Origin: Alphaproteobacteria bacterium
GTDB lineage: Bacteria > Pseudomonadota > Alphaproteobacteria > UBA7985
DNA length: 57,458 nucleotides
Reading direction: 5' to 3'
Assembly (NCBI GenBank): GCA_965658725.1
Contig: CBFHUI010000006.1
Location: forward strand, 1-57,458
Shown piece after piece: positions 54,624 to 57,458 of the stretch (the stretch's first letter is position 1; every line of letters begins with the position of its first letter). A program made the translations under genes and the position numbers. Below the pieces are notes generated by a model that did not search any database, was not told where the DNA came from, and saw only the letters and a program-made list of their open reading frames with translations.

Positions 54624-55820
54624 TTAGCCTTCGCCGCGCGCCAGAAACTCCATCCGAGTGCCAGTGGGGGCCGGTTCTGCGCAGGCATCCGCAAGGCTTG
54701 GCGCATCTGAGGCACCCTTGAGGGCATGGTCAAAGAAGCCGGTGGCGACGCCTTGCAGGATGTTGTTCATTCGCACGCTGTCCCAGACGCGATCAGCGTA
54801 GTGCTCATAGGGCAGCCACCCCAGCGTGGCATTCTCGGCAAAGGCTTCAGCGGGGGCAGGGATTGGCGCGGCGGCGTTGTGCTGGGCGTGGTCAAAGGTC
54901 AGCAGCGCCCGATCAGCACCGCTGGCGTCCTGCCAGATCTGGCGAATGCCGGTTTCGTAGCCCGAAGTATCGTCTTCTGACCCGCCGACGATGAGCAGCG
55001 GTGTTTCAATGCGCGCAAGTCCTGCGGGGTCGAGGATACCCATCTGCCGCCCCCACGGCGCGATTGAGATCACCGCCTTGACGCGCGGGTCGGGTCGCAG
55101 CGCGGGTTCATCACTGCTGGTCAGGAAACGGCCCACCAGTGCCTGGGCCGTTTCAGGCGTACGCTCCAACACCCCTGCGGACAGCCCCGCACCCTGCGCC
55201 ATGAGGACGCCGTACCCGCCCATGGAGTAGCCCACCAGCCCGATCGAGTCCGTCGATACGCTTTCCAGCGCCGGGTGGCCGGCACCGGTGGTCAGATGGT
55301 CGAGCACAAATTGAATATCGCTGGGCCGGTCCACGAGCACGGCCTCAGGCGGACCCATGTCGTCATACGTTGACCCGGCATGGTCGATACTGGCAACCGC
55401 GTAGCCCTTCGAGGCAAGGTTCTCGGCCAAATGGGACATCAGAAAGCGGTTGCCCGGGTAGCCGTGGGAGATCAGGACCAGCGGAAAGCCCTCTGTACCG
55501 TCCTCTGCGGCCGCAGGCGCCGCTTCCTCGCTCGACTGTCCGTGCAGCGTAATCGGCGTCACACCATCGCGCAGCAGCGTCTGGATCGGTGTTGGTTCCA
55601 CCGGGCCTTCAGCGGGGTAGAACAGCGTTAGGGTGAGCGTTCGGTCTGCGGTTGCCGGGCCTTCGCCGCTCATCAGGCCGATGGTGCGCACAGCACCCGG
55701 GTTGGTCAGCGTGAAGCTCGACCGCCCCACGCTGTAACGACCAAAGTGCGCCCGCTCTGGGGCATCGGGGCGCATGTGGTCGATGCGGTTGTTGGCGGGC
55801 GGAGAGGGGGCGTGGGTCAC
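54624..55820 (-). CDS. Alpha/beta hydrolase (dienelactone hydrolase / PAF-acetylhydrolase-like)
   Basis: PLVLISHGYPG, GYSMGG nucleophile, G.EDD, AQHN. Confidence 0.85.
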   Translation of the reverse strand: MTHAPSPPANNRIDHMRPDAPERAHFGRYSVGRSSFTLTNPGAVRTIGLMSGEGPATADRTLTLTLFYPAEGPVEPTPIQTLLRDGVTPITLHGQSSEEAAPAAAEDGTEGFPLVLISHGYPGNRFLMSHLAENLASKGYAVASIDHAGSTYDDMGPPEAVLVDRPSDIQFVLDHLTTGAGHPALESVSTDSIGLVGYSMGGYGVLMAQGAGLSAGVLERTPETAQALVGRFLTSSDEPALRPDPRVKAVISIAPWGRQMGILDPAGLARIETPLLIVGGSEDDTSGYETGIRQIWQDASGADRALLTFDHAQHNAAAPIPAPAEAFAENATLGWLPYEHYADRVWDSVRMNNILQGVATGFFDHALKGASDAPSLADACAEPAPTGTRMEFLARGEG

Positions 55821-55901
55821 GATGGCGGTTCCTGCTGTTGCGGCGTTCTACTTGGGTGTGGGGAGGGGAGGGCGTCAACCGGTTCTTAAGAGCCGCCGGG
55901 C

Positions 55902-57227
55902 TTAGGCCGCTTCAACCAGTTCAGTGTTCCCCAGTCCGCGCACGCCCTGTGCGCTCAAGTCCGCGACCAGCGCGCCTGTGTCGATAGCCTGTACTGCGCA
56001 GCCTGCGTCAATCGCCATCTTTGCCGCCGTTCCGGCCGCTTGGCCCATGGCCATGCATTGGGGCATGCCGCGCACAGAGGCAAAGGCGACCGCGTCCGCA
56101 GACACGATCCGTCCGCAGAACATCAGGTTTTCGATCCGCGCCGGGGTCAGCGCTCGGAACGGCAGGGTGTAGTAGCTGCCTTCGGCCACTGCTGCGTCGT
56201 GGGTCATGCTGGCGGTCGCCCGCATTACGTCATCCACGGGGTTGTCGCAGCAGACGATACCGTCGGCAAAGCGGGTGCCGCGGGCAAGGTCTTCGCCGGT
56301 GATCCGGTAAGCGCCTTCGAGCTTGCGCGTCTCGCGCACGCCGACTGTGGGCGAAAGCTGACTCATATAAGCCGTCTCGAACCCCGGCACATCCGCGCGC
56401 AGGAACTGGGCGAGCTGGTGACAGCGCCGACGCCCTTCCTGCGTTGCTTCTGCAACCGCAGCGGGGTCAATCCCATTCACCCCGCGCACGTGAACGGAGT
56501 TGCAGAAGACGTCCCCACGGTGAAAGCCCTTCATCAAGTAGAGTTTTGCCAGATCCGGGTGCAGCCGACCTTCAGCGACCCCGCGCGCGGCAAAGCGGGT
56601 GAAATAGGGGTCCGGCTCGGCAAAGGCCCGCTCCCAATCCACGCCGAGCATATGGAATGAGATTGTCACGCCCATCATGTTCCCCGCCGCGTCCCCGAGC
56701 ACGTAGGGCACACCAGCCTTGGCCGAGATGTCGCCGTCGCCCGAGCAGTCGATGACGATCTTTGGCCGAAGCTCGAAGCGGCCGTTCCGGTTGAAGCAAC
56801 TCACCTGCTCGATCCGCGTCCCGTCCGCGCTCATCACCGGTTCCAGCGCCGTCGCATTGAGCCGCAGGTCAACGCCGGCCTCTTCGAGCATCTCGAACAT
56901 GGTCAGGGTGGCGATGTCGTGGTCATAGATGATTTCCGGGCCGAAATTCTCCAGCGTGCAAGGCCGCTTCTCGGCAGCCGGGGGGTCCATGGCGATCAGT
57001 CGCTGGGTCAAGTCCTCCAGCACGCCACCAATGATAGTATCAACGGGATAACCGCCGCCCCAGGGCATGCCCGGGCAAAAGGCCATGACCCCGCCGACTT
57101 TCGTGGTTGCTTCGAGCAAGACAGTGCGCAAGCCCTTGCGTCCAGCAGCCACCGCCGCGCCAAAGCCCGCTGTGCCGCCGCCGACGACTAGAACATCAAC
57201 ACTTTCGCCTGCTTGATCCGCTGCCAT
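55902..57227 (-). CDS. FAD-dependent oxidoreductase (PF12831-type), paralog of 37736..39097
   Basis: GGGTAG, IDCSGDGD, GVRETRK, LPFRALTP..IENL..CGR, MGQAAGTAA. Confidence 0.85.
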   Translation of the reverse strand: MAADQAGESVDVLVVGGGTAGFGAAVAAGRKGLRTVLLEATTKVGGVMAFCPGMPWGGGYPVDTIIGGVLEDLTQRLIAMDPPAAEKRPCTLENFGPEIIYDHDIATLTMFEMLEEAGVDLRLNATALEPVMSADGTRIEQVSCFNRNGRFELRPKIVIDCSGDGDISAKAGVPYVLGDAAGNMMGVTISFHMLGVDWERAFAEPDPYFTRFAARGVAEGRLHPDLAKLYLMKGFHRGDVFCNSVHVRGVNGIDPAAVAEATQEGRRRCHQLAQFLRADVPGFETAYMSQLSPTVGVRETRKLEGAYRITGEDLARGTRFADGIVCCDNPVDDVMRATASMTHDAAVAEGSYYTLPFRALTPARIENLMFCGRIVSADAVAFASVRGMPQCMAMGQAAGTAAKMAIDAGCAVQAIDTGALVADLSAQGVRGLGNTELVEAA

Positions 57228-57458
57228 CCGCTTGCTCCCCCGGTCAAATCCTGAGGGACAACCGCTATCGCGGGGGAGCGCTCAGGTCCAGCCCGATTGT
57301 TCGCGCGGGCTTAGCGGTTCTTGTGGCTTTTGTCCCGGCGTGGGGATGCGTTAGAGCCCTGGGTCGTGGGGGCAGTCCATAGCGCCTCGCTATCTGGTTC
57401 GACACAGTCCTTGTCGTCCCGCGCTGAAGAGACAGCAGAAGCACTGCGCCGCGCCCGG

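Noticed and set aside
54624-55820. Possible truncation of the hydrolase (no signal peptide; in-frame stop just upstream)
   Set aside because: The catalytic motifs are intact and an RBS precedes the GTG; I cannot show a loss without homolog alignments.
57320-57365. ykkC/guanidine-I riboswitch-like string cacgccgggacaaaagcc on the minus strand, upstream of the FAD oxidoreductase
   Set aside because: Only part of the 3' motif matches. The GUCCGAG element, a proper P1 and the terminal CGGGAG are absent; cmscan with RF00442 would settle it.
1-57458. CRISPR arrays, IS elements, prophage, defence systems, tRNA or rRNA
   Set aside because: I saw no regularly spaced repeats, transposase/integrase/phage motifs or tRNA/rRNA signatures by eye; short RNAs could have been missed.

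Overview
A gene-dense, high-GC (roughly low-60s % by eye) window that looks like an accessory-metabolism region of a marine alphaproteobacterium (Rhodobacterales-like; taxonomy is inferred from gene content). It holds about 50 CDSs. I saw no rRNA, tRNA, CRISPR array, integrase or transposase. Main content: (1) catabolism of methylated amines, osmolytes and one-carbon units: a dimethylglycine-dehydrogenase-like gene with a non-pyrrolysine MttB and TetR, a CntA-like Rieske oxygenase, hydroxyproline epimerase/dehydrogenase/deaminase, a DmdA-like GcvT gene in a run with a crotonase, a CoA ligase and PhnX, and a betaine-type ABC transporter with scrambled gene orientation; (2) a sulfane-sulfur operon (yeeE, yeeE, persulfide dioxygenase, sulP); (3) light-related genes: an FeS-BCP photolyase/cryptochrome, DUF2256, and a stand-alone blue-tuned proteorhodopsin behind an AT-rich, palindrome-dense promoter; (4) a Tat-exported family-5 ABC importer, LemA/DUF2207 and several hydrolases. 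The best leads for something undescribed are: a three-way-junction, kissing-loop RNA structure in the leader of the family-5 binding-protein gene (37321-37430); the DmdA-like/crotonase/CoA-ligase/PhnX run with no phnW; a divergent pair of SnoaL-like genes linked to a PhyH dioxygenase; and the Rieske oxygenase next to the hydroxyproline genes. All calls come from motif recognition by eye. No searches or folding computations were run.
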